Below are positions 48,007 through 58,187 of a stretch of DNA of 64,000 nt, one piece after another. The stretch is from an uncultured virus (IMG/VR IMGVR_UViG_3300038415_000352) (taxonomy: Duplodnaviria; Heunggongvirae; Uroviricota; Caudoviricetes), in IMG/VR virus record IMGVR_UViG_3300038415_000352. One strand, 5' to 3'. Made by a program: the position numbers and the translations under genes. The first letter of the stretch is position 1. Each line of letters opens with the position of its first letter. The notes below the pieces were generated by a model. The model saw nothing but the letters and a program-made list of their open reading frames with translations. It ran no database searches and was not told where the DNA came from.

Positions 48007-49605
48007 ATGCCCTCGAAACCTCCCTTCGATGCGCGGGCCTACGCGACCCGGATGGTCGGCCGCGCGGTCGAGGATACGCTCATCCGTTCGCGGCGTCCGC
48101 TCAAGCTGAAGGAGATTCGGGTCCTCGCGTCGTACCTAACGATGAACCCGAAGGTCTCGACGTGGTGGATTACCGAGGCTATCTCGTACGCCCGGCGCGG
48201 CGATATCCAGAACGCGCAGTTCCAAGCAGGACTCCGCGACGCGCTTTGGGAACAGTGGAATATCCTCCGCCGCGACTCCTCGACCCCGGACGCTATCTAC
48301 CAGACCCTCCACGCGTACTTCTATCCGTCCGCGGGGGTCGAGTCGTACCTTCTCCGCCCCGACTACGCCTACGTAAAGGACCTCTGTATCGCGGGCGGGA
48401 CCGCGGTCTACTCCGGGCCGAAGGGCTCGGGGAAGACGGATATCGCGACCTCGGATATCGCGAAGCTCGCCGGCCTAAAGAAGGACCATCTCGAGAACGG
48501 GGCGAAGTCCCGGCTCGCGGTCTACCACCGGGCGGGCGGCCGGTTCTTCAAACCCCTCGACGATATTACGGAGATGGACCTCGACCGGGTCGTCGCCGAG
48601 CCCGAGCCCGAGCCGCTCGAGCCGCTCTCGAAGAACCCGAGCCGCCCGAGGAAGCTCGACCTCTATAACGCGAAGTACGTCAAGTTCCCGACGAACATTT
48701 CGATATCGAAGAAGTCTATCGTCGGCGGGGATATCCAGTTCGGGGGCCGCGTCTCGGATATCGTCCTCGACTCGCTCAAGAACGACGAGGCGGGCGGGAT
48801 GTCCGATATCTACCTCGACGAGTTCGGTATCGCCGCGAACAAGCGCCGGGGGATGACGACGGCGGCGTGGGTCATCGGGCAGTTCCTCGCGACCCACCGG
48901 AAGTTCTACTCGGCCATCGGCGTCATCGCGCAGGACGCCGTTCGTCAGCTCTCGGCGGAACTCGTCGAGAACGCGCAGACCCATATCGAGAAGCCGTCGA
49001 TTACGGAACTCGACGAGGCGATTATCTCGGTCTCGGGCCTCTTCTACCAGCAGCGGTTCCGCGACGTCCCGCCCTCGCCGGTCGTCTTCGATACGCAGTC
49101 GAACGCCTCGTTCTTCCCCGACATTACGCTAACGACCGTCTGGGATTACGTCTCGGCGAAGCAACGGGAGATGATTGAGATAGAGGGGGTCGAGTGGAAC
49201 CACCTTATCGAACTGAAGATAGCCCGGGAGTTCATCGAGAAGAACCGGGCGACGGTAAAGGACCTCGCCGAGGGGCGGAGCGGAATCCTCCGGTCGGAGA
49301 TTCGTACCTACCTCGGGAAGCAGGACCCGACGACCGGGAAGCTCTATACGCCGGAGCGGGTCGCGCGTATCCTCGCCGAGGACCTCGAGCAGGACTGGAA
49401 GAAGGAGGTCCTCCCTATCGTCAAGCAGGTCGTCGCGGATATGGCCGAGGAGGACCGCCAGCGGAAGGAGCGCGGCGGTAAGCCCCCGACCCCCGAGGAG
49501 ATTCAGGCGCAGTACGAGAAGGATAAGCAGGTCGCCGAGAATATCCCGGTGACCGAGGATAACGAGGACGAGCCCGAGGAGCCGAGGGTCGAAGAGGGGA
49601 CCTAG
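48007..49605 (+). CDS. P-loop ATPase, FtsK-HerA/Zot-like (candidate genome packaging or extrusion motor)
   Basis: GPKGSGKT, IYLDEFG, HRKF...IGVIAQ. Confidence 0.7.
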   Translation: MPSKPPFDARAYATRMVGRAVEDTLIRSRRPLKLKEIRVLASYLTMNPKVSTWWITEAISYARRGDIQNAQFQAGLRDALWEQWNILRRDSSTPDAIYQTLHAYFYPSAGVESYLLRPDYAYVKDLCIAGGTAVYSGPKGSGKTDIATSDIAKLAGLKKDHLENGAKSRLAVYHRAGGRFFKPLDDITEMDLDRVVAEPEPEPLEPLSKNPSRPRKLDLYNAKYVKFPTNISISKKSIVGGDIQFGGRVSDIVLDSLKNDEAGGMSDIYLDEFGIAANKRRGMTTAAWVIGQFLATHRKFYSAIGVIAQDAVRQLSAELVENAQTHIEKPSITELDEAIISVSGLFYQQRFRDVPPSPVVFDTQSNASFFPDITLTTVWDYVSAKQREMIEIEGVEWNHLIELKIAREFIEKNRATVKDLAEGRSGILRSEIRTYLGKQDPTTGKLYTPERVARILAEDLEQDWKKEVLPIVKQVVADMAEEDRQRKERGGKPPTPEEIQAQYEKDKQVAENIPVTEDNEDEPEEPRVEEGT

Positions 49606-49679
49606 TCGCCCTCCCCGAGGAATCGGGAAGGTTACTTATACTAGGACGCTCCCTTACCGGGCGAGGAGGCCGCACGAAG

Positions 49680-52314
49680 ATGAGTTTCGGAGTACCCGAG
49701 GTTACGCGCCATAAGAGACCGCCTAAGTTCGATACGGGCCGCTTCTCGCGGTTCGTCGTCGATAAGGTCCGAGTGACCCTTCCCGACGGCCGAGAAGTCG
49801 AGGGGTTCTACAACGTCCAGCCGAACAACGCCCGCTTCTGGTTCGAGGTCGACGGCGCTTGGTATAGCGGCCCGGTCCTCGGCCTCGCGGGGCATCATCG
49901 CGGGTTGATGGACGATAACGGGACGCGGGCGTACGTCGACCTTCGGAAGTTCGTCTTACCGCCGAAGAGGGAGTAGATGCCCGATACTCCCCCTCCCGAA
50001 TCGAACCGGAAGTCCCGGGTCCTCGAGATAGCCGAACGTATCGACTACGCGAAGAAGGAAGAGGCCGCCGCCGAGCGGAAGCTCGCCGAGATGAAGCGCG
50101 TCTACGAGGAGACTCGGGCCTCGACCCTCGCATCTCTTACTCGAACCCGGGAACATCTTTCCGACCTCTCGAAGGAGCTATCGGTCGAGGCCGAGGCGCT
50201 CCGCGCCGGTAGTCCTACGCCGCCGACCCCCGAGCCCGGTACCCGTACTCCTCGCGCGAAGCCGATGGCGAGGGCGGAGGCCGAGCGGCGCTTCGGTCCC
50301 GTCGTCTGGGACGTCGAGGGGCATAACGTCCTCCGCCGCGAACTCGTCCGCTTCGTAACGAACCGGGCGGCGACGACGTTCTCCGACTTCGAGAGGTACT
50401 ACGTCGGCGCCGGCGGAACCGCCGGGAGCGCCCATACCGTCTGGGGCTCTCTCCTCGCCTACGGCCGGACGAAGGGATGGGTGCACGGGGAGGGCGGGCG
50501 GAAGAGCGAGTTCTATATCGCCCACCCGACGAACGGACTCGACCTCGCGACCGCTACCCCTGCCGAGAAGGACCGTCTCCTCGACGAGGCGCGAGCCGCG
50601 CAAGAGGCTTCACGGCGAAGGCCCGGTCCGCCCGCTTGGATACCGGAGAGAGGGTTAGAGTCCCTCGAAGTCCGTCGGTTCGGTCTCACCCTACGGCGGT
50701 TTCCTCACCACCGGCCAAATCGCGGGCGGACCCTATGACGCCATTGCAGGCGCTAATCAATAACGCCCGTCGGGTCCGCGAGGGCGCTATCGCCCGGATG
50801 CGGATTCTCTCCCGGGACTTCGACCGGGCCGCCTTCCTCCACGAGGAGGCCGAGTACCGGTCTCTTCGGGCCGAGACCGAACCCGCGCATCGAGTCGCCG
50901 AGGCCGCTCGGGAGAAAGCCTCGGAGAAGACGCTCGCGCTCTACGAGTCGTGGGCCCGAACGTTTACCGGGGCCGAGGCCGCCGCGTCTACGGTCCGGGA
51001 ACTCCGTAAGGAGCGGAAGGGATGAGGACCCGGAAGTGCCGGAAGTGCGGTGCGGCCCTAACCGCGAAGGCGGCCGAGGTTATCGTTACGCCCCAACTCC
51101 GTAGGTCCCTCGGGAGCTGGATACGGCCGCCGAAGCTCGGCGAGGGAGAGGTCCTTATCTGCGTCCGGTGCCGCCTCGAGTTCGCCCGGGAGCAGATGAA
51201 GGATACCGAGGAACCGGAATGACCGACTGCGTAGCATGTACGGAAGCTATCGCCGAGTCCCTCCGTTGGGCGCGCGGCGACCCGATACACGCGCGGGACG
51301 TTATGGCGATTCAGTTCGTCGACGCGCACGTCCAGCGGGAGCCGAACGGTCCCGATAAGGAGCTACTCGCTACGGCGCGCGGCTACCTCCATCTCGCTCA
51401 ATACTACCGCCGGATTCTCGAGACGCTCGAGGCGAAGGGGGGTAAGGCGTGACGGCGAAGCTAGACTACGGGACGGTACTAGGTTTCGCCCTCGCCGCTA
51501 TCGTCGTTCTCTTCTACGTAGTGATGTTCTACAGCTTCTCGAAGGCGGACGGCTGGCTAACGCTCGCCGATTTCGCTACGGCGGGGCTCGCCGTCGGCGT
51601 CCTAGCTATCCTCGACGGCCGGCTCGCGAAGCGGACGCCTCTCTCTACGGTAAGGAGGAAGACATGACGAAGAAGGTACGGGTCGACGACGAAGTAAACC
51701 ATCTCGAGGAGATAGTCGACGGGATTAGCTCGGACCTCCGCCGCCGTTCTCCGCGGAAGGCGTCCCCGGCTCCGGAGGTAAAGACGTCCGACGAGCCCGG
51801 TTACGTCTGGCTGAACGGGAAGCGATATCGGAATACCGGCCCCGTCGGTCGGCTAGACGACGGGACGATGGTCGGAGCGAAGCTCGTCGAGGCCCCGCCC
51901 GAAGATTTCGGCCGTCCGATTCCGGCGGTCCGCCATCCGCCGGAGCTATCGGGGAGGTACTCGGACGGGAGCGGGATGTTCGTACCGAAGGGCGCGATGG
52001 GAACGCTTAACGTTCCGTCGCCGGCGGTACCTCCCGGGGCAACTATCCCGGCTCCCCGAGAGGCGTGGGACGAGACGGAGGAGCCCGAGGAACCGGTACC
52101 TCTTCGGTATCGCGGCGCCGCGGTCGCCCAGTACTTCGCCGCCTTAATCGTTCTCGGCCTCTCGGGGGCGGCTCTCTACTATACTTGGGGAACCCTCGCC
52201 CGGTTCAACCTCGTTATCCTCCTCGCTATCGTTCTTCTCTCGGTCGCGTTCGCCGCCGGCGGTATTGCGAACTTCTTCGCCCTGAATCGCCGGTCTTACG
52301 GTCCACCCGCATAG
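49680..52314 (+). CDS. seven coupled hypothetical ORFs: 49680-49976, 49977-50738, 50735-51025, 51022-51222, 51219-51452, 51449-51667 (membrane), 51664-52314 (C-terminal TMs)
   Basis: Promoter motif at 49636-49645; continuous stop/start overlaps. Confidence 0.65.
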
Positions 52315-52335
52315 GGAGGAACAGGAGAAAGAAAA

Positions 52336-52818
52336 ATGGAAAAGGGAAAGTGGAAGAGCTGAACGGGACTCGGGGTCGCGGCGAGCGCGGTCCTCGCGTT
52401 GGGAATCGGAGTAGCGATGGCGGTCGCGATTTTCTCGCAGACGATTCCGACCGTCGCCGGGACGCCGGCCGCGCTTACGCTCGGGCCCTGCGGGAATACG
52501 CTCGTCGCTACGCCGAGCGCCGTACCGTACGGGGGCGGCCTCGTTATCGCCTCATGCGCGGGGACGGGTAGCGGCGAGGCGTTCGACGTCGGGAGTACGA
52601 CTACCTCGGTAACGCCGACGTTCAGCCTACCCGGCGGGGCGTCCGACCTCTACGTTCTTCCGGCCGCCGATACCCCGACTACGACCTGCGGGAGCGATTC
52701 GAGCGCCGTAGCGCTTACGTCCGGTAGCCCGATGACCTTCGGAGCTACCGGGGCGTATAACTACTGCATCGACGCGACCGGGGGATTCACGTCCTTCGAC
52801 GTCTCGTGGTCCCAGTAG
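52336..52818 (+). CDS. secreted or membrane-anchored beta-rich protein with in-frame TGA at codon 9
   Basis: Purine-rich SD leader, then MEKGKWKS*TGLGVAASAVLALGIG...; frame stays open to 52818. Confidence 0.65.
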
Positions 52819-52844
52819 GCCTAGCGCCGAACCCTTTCCCCCGC

Positions 52845-52875
52845 CGGGCCCCTAACGGGGCCCCGGCCCTCTTTA
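52845..52875 (+). terminator. GC hairpin followed by T-rich tract
   Basis: GCCGGGCCCC-TAAC-GGGGCCCCGGC then CTCTTT. Confidence 0.45.
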
Positions 52876-52923
52876 TCTTCTCGAAGATAGGTTAGATGTA
52901 CTAGGACGTCCGTCTCGTAGCCG

Positions 52924-53399
52924 ATGGAAGAGACGGACGCCCCGGCCGTAGCTGACCGCCGAATCCGGCGCGCGGTCGCTAACGTCGTCGCCGGGAAGTT
53001 CGACCGCGAGGGCCTCGAACCCTTCGAGCGGTGTCCGTGGTCGAACGACCCGGACTTCCGGGGCGAGAGCCATCCGCATAACGCGGGCTACGGCTTCTCT
53101 AGAAGGACCGGACGGTGCGCGGTCTGCGGGAAGTCGGTACGGCTCGTCGAGGATTACTGCGGAGGGGTCCTCGTTCGCTTCCGGCTCGCCCGCGGGTAAT
53201 GTACGAGGTCATCGTCCGCTGGCCCGGCTACGACGGCTCCTACGCGCTCGGGCCGTTCCCTACTAGAGAGGAGGCTCGGCTCGTCGTCCGGTGGCTCCGC
53301 ACTTTTACCTTTCCTCCCGGCCGATATGGAATCGGTCGGCTTGTCGAGGTAAACGCCGGCGCGCCGAAATCAGCTCTCGGCCGATTAAACAGGCGTTAG
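52924..53399 (+). CDS. two small ORFs: 52924-53199 (Zn ribbon) and 53199-53399
   Basis: Leaderless after ATGTACTAGG; TAATG overlap. Confidence 0.55.
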
Positions 53400-53469
53400 T
53401 AGTTAAGTATCCCCTACGGCGGTAGGGGTCATCGGGGAGGAACCCCCGAAAGAAGGAGCAAAAAGAACT

Positions 53470-54327
53470 ATGGCGGACTTGAGTCAGTTGGGAAACTTGG
53501 CCGGAGCGGGGCTCATCCTCGTGGTGGGCGTCCTGTTCCTAGCCTTCGCGGCGGCGGCCTTTTATTTCGGCCGCGGTCGAGGAGCGAAGGCCGCGGGCTG
53601 GATGGCGATTATCGGTGTACTCATCATCGTGGTCGTCGCTATCCCGGTCGCGCTGTTGGCTACGCCGAGTTCGAGTGTCGCCCCGCCCCCGGTCGCCGGG
53701 TCGGCGGTTAGCGTTCTCGAGAACTCGGGAATCGGTCTCGCGACGGGCGTGACGTGGAACGCGCAGACGAACATCCTCTCGGTCGACATCGGCTACAACT
53801 ACACCGCGAAGGAGTACGTCATCGCGTCGGCGAACACGACCCCGACGGGAGGGTCTCCGACGTTCAACAAGGCGTACGTCATCCTGCCGCTGAACCTGAT
53901 TCGGACGGACGCGCTGAACTCGACCTACGCCTTCCCGCTACAGGTAACGAGCGTTCCGACGTTTACGACCCTGACGGCCCCCACGACCGTCTACTCGTTC
54001 GTCGGGTACACGGCCGCGACGGGAACGACTACGAGCGCTTGGCAGATGAAGTGGTCGGCGGGAACGACCGCCGGGCAGTACTCTACCGTGGTCGCTCCGA
54101 CCGTGACGACGAACGTTCTTCCGGGCTCGTTGGCGGTTACCGCCTTCTCGAGCGCGAAGACCGTTCTCCAGATTTCGCTCGCGGGCGGGAACTCGACGGC
54201 TGCCCTGGCCCCGTGGAACGCCGGTATCACCACGTTCCAGACGTTCAACATGCCCGTAACCATCGGGCAGGGAACGCCGGCGCTCGTAACGGTTCAGTTC
54301 ATCTGGACCGGCTACGCGAACAACTAG
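53470..54327 (+). CDS. membrane-anchored Thr-rich protein, candidate major virion/envelope protein
   Basis: Two N-terminal TMs, beta-rich ectodomain, own TTAAGTA box, strong SD leader, distinct codon usage. Confidence 0.6.
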   Translation: MADLSQLGNLAGAGLILVVGVLFLAFAAAAFYFGRGRGAKAAGWMAIIGVLIIVVVAIPVALLATPSSSVAPPPVAGSAVSVLENSGIGLATGVTWNAQTNILSVDIGYNYTAKEYVIASANTTPTGGSPTFNKAYVILPLNLIRTDALNSTYAFPLQVTSVPTFTTLTAPTTVYSFVGYTAATGTTTSAWQMKWSAGTTAGQYSTVVAPTVTTNVLPGSLAVTAFSSAKTVLQISLAGGNSTAALAPWNAGITTFQTFNMPVTIGQGTPALVTVQFIWTGYANN

Positions 54328-54402
54328 GCGGGTCGGAGCGAGAACCCGGTAAGAAGGAAACTCTCGGAGGACCAAAGACCTTCGGACGGACGGAGAGCGA
54401 CC

Positions 54403-54741
54403 ATGCGGACGGGGGCGGCGACTCGAAGTAGCGTACGCCCCCGTCCGAACCCCTTCCTGCCTTCCTATTCCTCTTCTCTACGAGCGAACCCGCGAGGCGT
54501 CTCGCCCGCGCTTATCGGGCTCGTAATCCTATCCGTAGCGGTAGTCGTCGCGTTCACCTTCCTCGGCCTCGTTGTCGCCTCGATATCCTTCCCTCTCGTC
54601 TTCGAGGGCGTTCTCATCCTCGTAGTCGGCCTTACCCTCGGCTTCCTCGTCCGCGGGGCGCTAGCGCTCTACGCGGGTATCGCCTTCGTTATTATCGGGG
54701 CGGTCGTTATCGTCCTATCCGTCGTAGGAGTGATATCGTAG
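54403..54741 (+). CDS. small multi-TM protein with class III-like leader
   Basis: NPRG/VSPALIGLVIL. Confidence 0.7.
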   Translation: MRTGAATRSSVRPRPNPFLPSYSSSLRANPRGVSPALIGLVILSVAVVVAFTFLGLVVASISFPLVFEGVLILVVGLTLGFLVRGALALYAGIAFVIIGAVVIVLSVVGVIS

Positions 54742-54993
54742 ATGCCGAAGACGAAGGCGACTATCGAAGAGGTCCGCCAAGCCGTTAAGGAGCATCCCGG
54801 AGAACCGCGCGAGTTCTACGTCGGCTACCTATCGAGCCGCCATACGTACGCGTCGATTCGGGAAGCCATCCGGCGGGCGGTAGCCGACGGGGACGTCGAG
54901 GTCAAGAAGACCGGGCCCCGCCGGAACAACCGCCGCCTCTACCCGAACCTACCGGAGGACCGCGGCGTTCGCTACCCGTGGCAGAAGGAGTAA
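54742..54993 (+). CDS. winged-helix-like small protein (ends QKE)
   Basis: Helix pattern plus wing; TAGATG coupling. Confidence 0.65.
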   Translation: MPKTKATIEEVRQAVKEHPGEPREFYVGYLSSRHTYASIREAIRRAVADGDVEVKKTGPRRNNRRLYPNLPEDRGVRYPWQKE

Positions 54994-54998
54994 AGAAG

Positions 54999-55328
54999 AT
55001 GTCGAGGGACTACCAGCTCTGGCTCGCGACGGACGGGGAGATTCGGGTCGACGTCGAGATGCCTACGCCCGCCCGACGGGGACGGAAGGGCGGAACGATG
55101 TGGCTCCCGAGCGCGGAGAACTTTACTCACGAGGAGGCCGAGGAGGTCCTCACGATGATTGCGAACCGTAGCCGGTTCAATAACCGGACGATGTACCTTA
55201 ACGGCGGGGACGCTCTCGGGAGCGGGCCGTGGTCGTCCGTCCGGGAACACGAGCTTCTTACGAAGTTCGAGGCCGACGTTCGGGCGGTCGGAGAGCGGGT
55301 TAAGGAACGGACGAACAAGCGCGAGTAG
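54999..55328 (+). CDS. soluble hypothetical protein (ends KRE)
   Basis: SD-led ATG. Confidence 0.65.
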   Translation: MSRDYQLWLATDGEIRVDVEMPTPARRGRKGGTMWLPSAENFTHEEAEEVLTMIANRSRFNNRTMYLNGGDALGSGPWSSVREHELLTKFEADVRAVGERVKERTNKRE

Positions 55329-55347
55329 AGGAAAAGGAGAAAGGAAG

Positions 55348-55611
55348 ATGGCGGGGAAGAAGTGGGCGAAACACGTACACATGAAGCGCGGCGGTCTCCA
55401 TGGTTGGTGCGAGCACTGCCCGGCGCGGGTCCGTCACGCGGCCCTGCGGACCGGGGCCCGGGAGGACGGAGCGGCCGTAATCTGGATGCGACTGAACTAC
55501 CTCGCGAACGTCGCGAACCGGGAGAACAACTTCCGGCTCCACGAAGTCGCGCGGACCGACCAGCGTTGGGTCGCGGCGAACCTCGAGCATAAGGACCTTC
55601 GGCGGGAGTAG
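55348..55611 (+). CDS. basic small protein ending RRE; resembles viral DUF5771-type proteins
   Basis: RH.AL......G...I..RLN.L...D..WV pattern (recalled, unverified). Confidence 0.65.
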   Translation: MAGKKWAKHVHMKRGGLHGWCEHCPARVRHAALRTGAREDGAAVIWMRLNYLANVANRENNFRLHEVARTDQRWVAANLEHKDLRRE

Positions 55612-55615
55612 ACCG

Positions 55616-55834
55616 ATGCCTCGTCTCTCCGAATCCCGTCGGGGCGTTAGCGCGGGCGGGGCGGTCCTCGGGACTATCGTCCTGATTATCGGCATCCTCG
55701 GACTCCTCCTGACGACCTCGAGTTCGTTCTTCGGGATGTCCGTCGACCTCGGGGCGGTCTGGAGTAACGTAATCGCGTGGGGCTTCCTCGTCGTCGGGCT
55801 CTTCGTAGCCGTCGTCTGCTGGTGGAGGCTCTAG
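55616..55834 (+). CDS. two-TM protein with class III-like leader
   Basis: SRRG/VSAGGAVLGTIVLII. Confidence 0.7.
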   Translation: MPRLSESRRGVSAGGAVLGTIVLIIGILGLLLTTSSSFFGMSVDLGAVWSNVIAWGFLVVGLFVAVVCWWRL

Positions 55835-55836
55835 CG

Positions 55837-56205
55837 ATGCCCGGCCCGTACCGCGAGGAGAAGACCTACGTCGGGCCGTACTACCGGGACGGTACTCGAG
55901 TACCGGGACACCCGTCCCACGCGCTCGTCGGGACGCCGGTCTTCCTCGTCCTCTTCCGTAAGAAGGACGTCCGCGTCTCGGGCGGGACGCGGGCGAACCC
56001 TCGGAATAAGCTCTACAAGTGGCACCTGAAGGGCCGCTTCCGAACCGAGAAGGCCGCGGAGAACGAGCGGCGCCGGTTAATGGCCGAGGGTTACCACGCT
56101 ATCGTCGAGGAGGTCGGAGGCCGGGCGAAGATGCCCTCGCTCCACGAACTCCTGACCGACGCGAACCGCGAGGACCGATTCCAGCGGCAGATGCGGAGGG
56201 AGTAG
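55837..56205 (+). CDS. soluble protein ending RRE
   Basis: YVGPYYRDGTRVPGH motif; stop context CGGAGGGAGTAG. Confidence 0.7.
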   Translation: MPGPYREEKTYVGPYYRDGTRVPGHPSHALVGTPVFLVLFRKKDVRVSGGTRANPRNKLYKWHLKGRFRTEKAAENERRRLMAEGYHAIVEEVGGRAKMPSLHELLTDANREDRFQRQMRRE

Positions 56206-56691
56206 ATGCCGAAGAAGGGCTACCCGCGCTATCCCGGACGAAGGCTCCGGTCGTCGGAGTTCGAAGGGGTCGTCGTAGTCCCTCGCTGGTCCTCCGCTTC
56301 GTACGGGGACCTATGGAATCTCGGGAATCGAATCTCGGGCGGCTTCGGGTTCTGGAGGTCGAGCGAACTCTTTAACCACCCGCACCCCGAGGTCATGGTA
56401 AAGGCGTGGTTCGACGCCCTTCGGGAGAAGGGGTATTCGCCGGAGGACGCGGTCCTCTACGGCGACTGGTCGGACGGCCGGCATATCGCCGACAACCTTA
56501 CACCGACGACTACCTACGCCGAGTTTAAGGCGATGGTAAAGCGGAACGCTCGGTCGGTCGAAGAGGTCCATAAGGAGAACGCGAGCTACCGCGAGAACCC
56601 GGAGGTTAAGCGGGAAATCGAGATTTACCTCGGCCCGTACCATACCGAGGAGTACACCGATTTCCAGCGCCGTGCGATGATGTCGGAGTAA
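56206..56691 (+). CDS. soluble protein (ends MSE)
   Basis: TAGATG coupling. Confidence 0.7.
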   Translation: MPKKGYPRYPGRRLRSSEFEGVVVVPRWSSASYGDLWNLGNRISGGFGFWRSSELFNHPHPEVMVKAWFDALREKGYSPEDAVLYGDWSDGRHIADNLTPTTTYAEFKAMVKRNARSVEEVHKENASYRENPEVKREIEIYLGPYHTEEYTDFQRRAMMSE

Positions 56692-56695
56692 GAAG

Positions 56696-56905
56696 ATGGC
56701 GACTACCTACTTAGTCCTCGTAACCGACCGTCGCGCGTACTCGGCCTATAAGGTCTACCGCGCGGGGATTCGTACGCGGAAGGAAGCTATCGCTATCGCG
56801 AAGCGGTACGCGAAGCGGCGGCACGACCAGACGAAGGTTACCCGCCTCCCCGGATACGTTACCGTCTGGGAATCCTACCGCCCCGACTTCGTTCGGAGGG
56901 AGTAG
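56696..56905 (+). CDS. soluble protein ending RRE
   Basis: CGGAGGGAGTAG. Confidence 0.7.
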   Translation: MATTYLVLVTDRRAYSAYKVYRAGIRTRKEAIAIAKRYAKRRHDQTKVTRLPGYVTVWESYRPDFVRRE

Positions 56906-57148
56906 ATGGTCGAACAGGTCAAGATGACGATTATCTGCGACGGGGCGACCGATGCCGTTCAGCGTGCTATGGCCGAGGCGATGTATGGCGCGGCGGCTCA
57001 GGTCTGGCGGGCGTGGCACCATAACTCGAAGGAACCCGACCTCGGCCTCGACCTGATGGTCGCGACTGACGAAGCAGGGAACGACCTCCTTCATCCCGGG
57101 TATAAGGTCGACCAGTCTCGCCTCGACCGGACCGTTCGGAGGGAGTAG
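56906..57148 (+). CDS. soluble protein ending RRE
   Basis: CGGAGGGAGTAG. Confidence 0.7.
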   Translation: MVEQVKMTIICDGATDAVQRAMAEAMYGAAAQVWRAWHHNSKEPDLGLDLMVATDEAGNDLLHPGYKVDQSRLDRTVRRE

Positions 57149-57520
57149 ATGCCGCTAAAGTACCCCGAGTCCGAGTACGGCGAGTACTACAACGCCGAAG
57201 GTAAGCGGGTTCGCTACCCCTCGCGATTGTTCAAGAACGACCGGGCATCCGACGTCAATCGAGCTACCGATGGCGCTCTCGGGCGGACGCCGACCGGAGT
57301 CCTCCGGACGATTCGGGACGAAATACGGCGTACCTATTTGTTCGTGCGCGATACGTACGGCGTGCAGGCACCGGACTATAACGGACCCGACGCGGTCCAG
57401 TACTTCGGCCGACCCCATTCGCCGGAGTTCGTTCGGAGCCAGAAGATAGAATCCGCGGCTATCAATCGGATTACCGCGGAGCTACGAAAGCGCGAAGGTT
57501 CGGCCGCCCGGAGGGAGTAG
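57149..57520 (+). CDS. soluble protein ending RRE
   Basis: CGGAGGGAGTAG. Confidence 0.7.
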   Translation: MPLKYPESEYGEYYNAEGKRVRYPSRLFKNDRASDVNRATDGALGRTPTGVLRTIRDEIRRTYLFVRDTYGVQAPDYNGPDAVQYFGRPHSPEFVRSQKIESAAINRITAELRKREGSAARRE

Positions 57521-57694
57521 ATGCATCCGCTCGCTATCGGTCTCGGAATCCTCCTCTTCCTCGCGGGTATCGCGCTTCTCTTCCTCGGCGCGGTCGCGGC
57601 TATCTTTACGATAGGGGGCTTCTTCGCTATCGGCGTCGGCGGCTGGCTCGTCATCGGCGGCGGGGTCCTCATCCTCGCGGGGGTCTTCCTATGA
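57521..57694 (+). CDS. 57-aa two-TM hydrophobic protein
   Basis: MHPLAIGLGILLFLAG...; not in supplied ORF track. Confidence 0.7.
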   Translation: MHPLAIGLGILLFLAGIALLFLGAVAAIFTIGGFFAIGVGGWLVIGGGVLILAGVFL

Positions 57695-57906
57695 AGGAGA
57701 GTCTCGTCCTCAAGCGAATCGACGATAAGATAGACGAGGCGGTTAAGGCGGCGCAGGACCCGCGGGCCGATTCGATGACCCGCTACGGCCGGCAGATGTT
57801 CGCGAACGGCCTACGCCTCGCTCGCGATATGATTGCTACGGACGATGACCTAGCCTTCCCCGCCCTTACGCCCCGAGAGATGGCTCGACGGGCTCGGAGG
57901 GAGTAG
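57691..57906 (+). CDS. soluble protein ending RRE
   Basis: CGGAGGGAGTAG. Confidence 0.7.
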   Translation: MKESLVLKRIDDKIDEAVKAAQDPRADSMTRYGRQMFANGLRLARDMIATDDDLAFPALTPREMARRARRE

Positions 57907-58149
57907 ATGGTCGAACGCGAATCCCGTTACGGATTCCTCCGTCACTACGCGCAGGGTTGGGTCCTCGATAGCGTCTACGATACCGAGACGGAGGCCCGGA
58001 AGGTTGCCGAGAAGGAGACGGAGTCTCCCCCGGACGCTGAGGGCGTTCTTCTCGTTAAGCTCCTCGGCTCCGTCTCGAAGGGAAGGTACCGCTCCTACGA
58101 CCCGTTCCCGGAGGGGAACTTTACGATGACGCCGGTTCGGAGGGAGTGA
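57907..58149 (+). CDS. soluble protein ending RRE
   Basis: CGGAGGGAGTGA with no coupled downstream start. Confidence 0.7.
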   Translation: MVERESRYGFLRHYAQGWVLDSVYDTETEARKVAEKETESPPDAEGVLLVKLLGSVSKGRYRSYDPFPEGNFTMTPVRRE

Positions 58150-58187
58150 CTTTCCGCTACTAAGGAGAATGAAGGAGGAAAAGGAAA

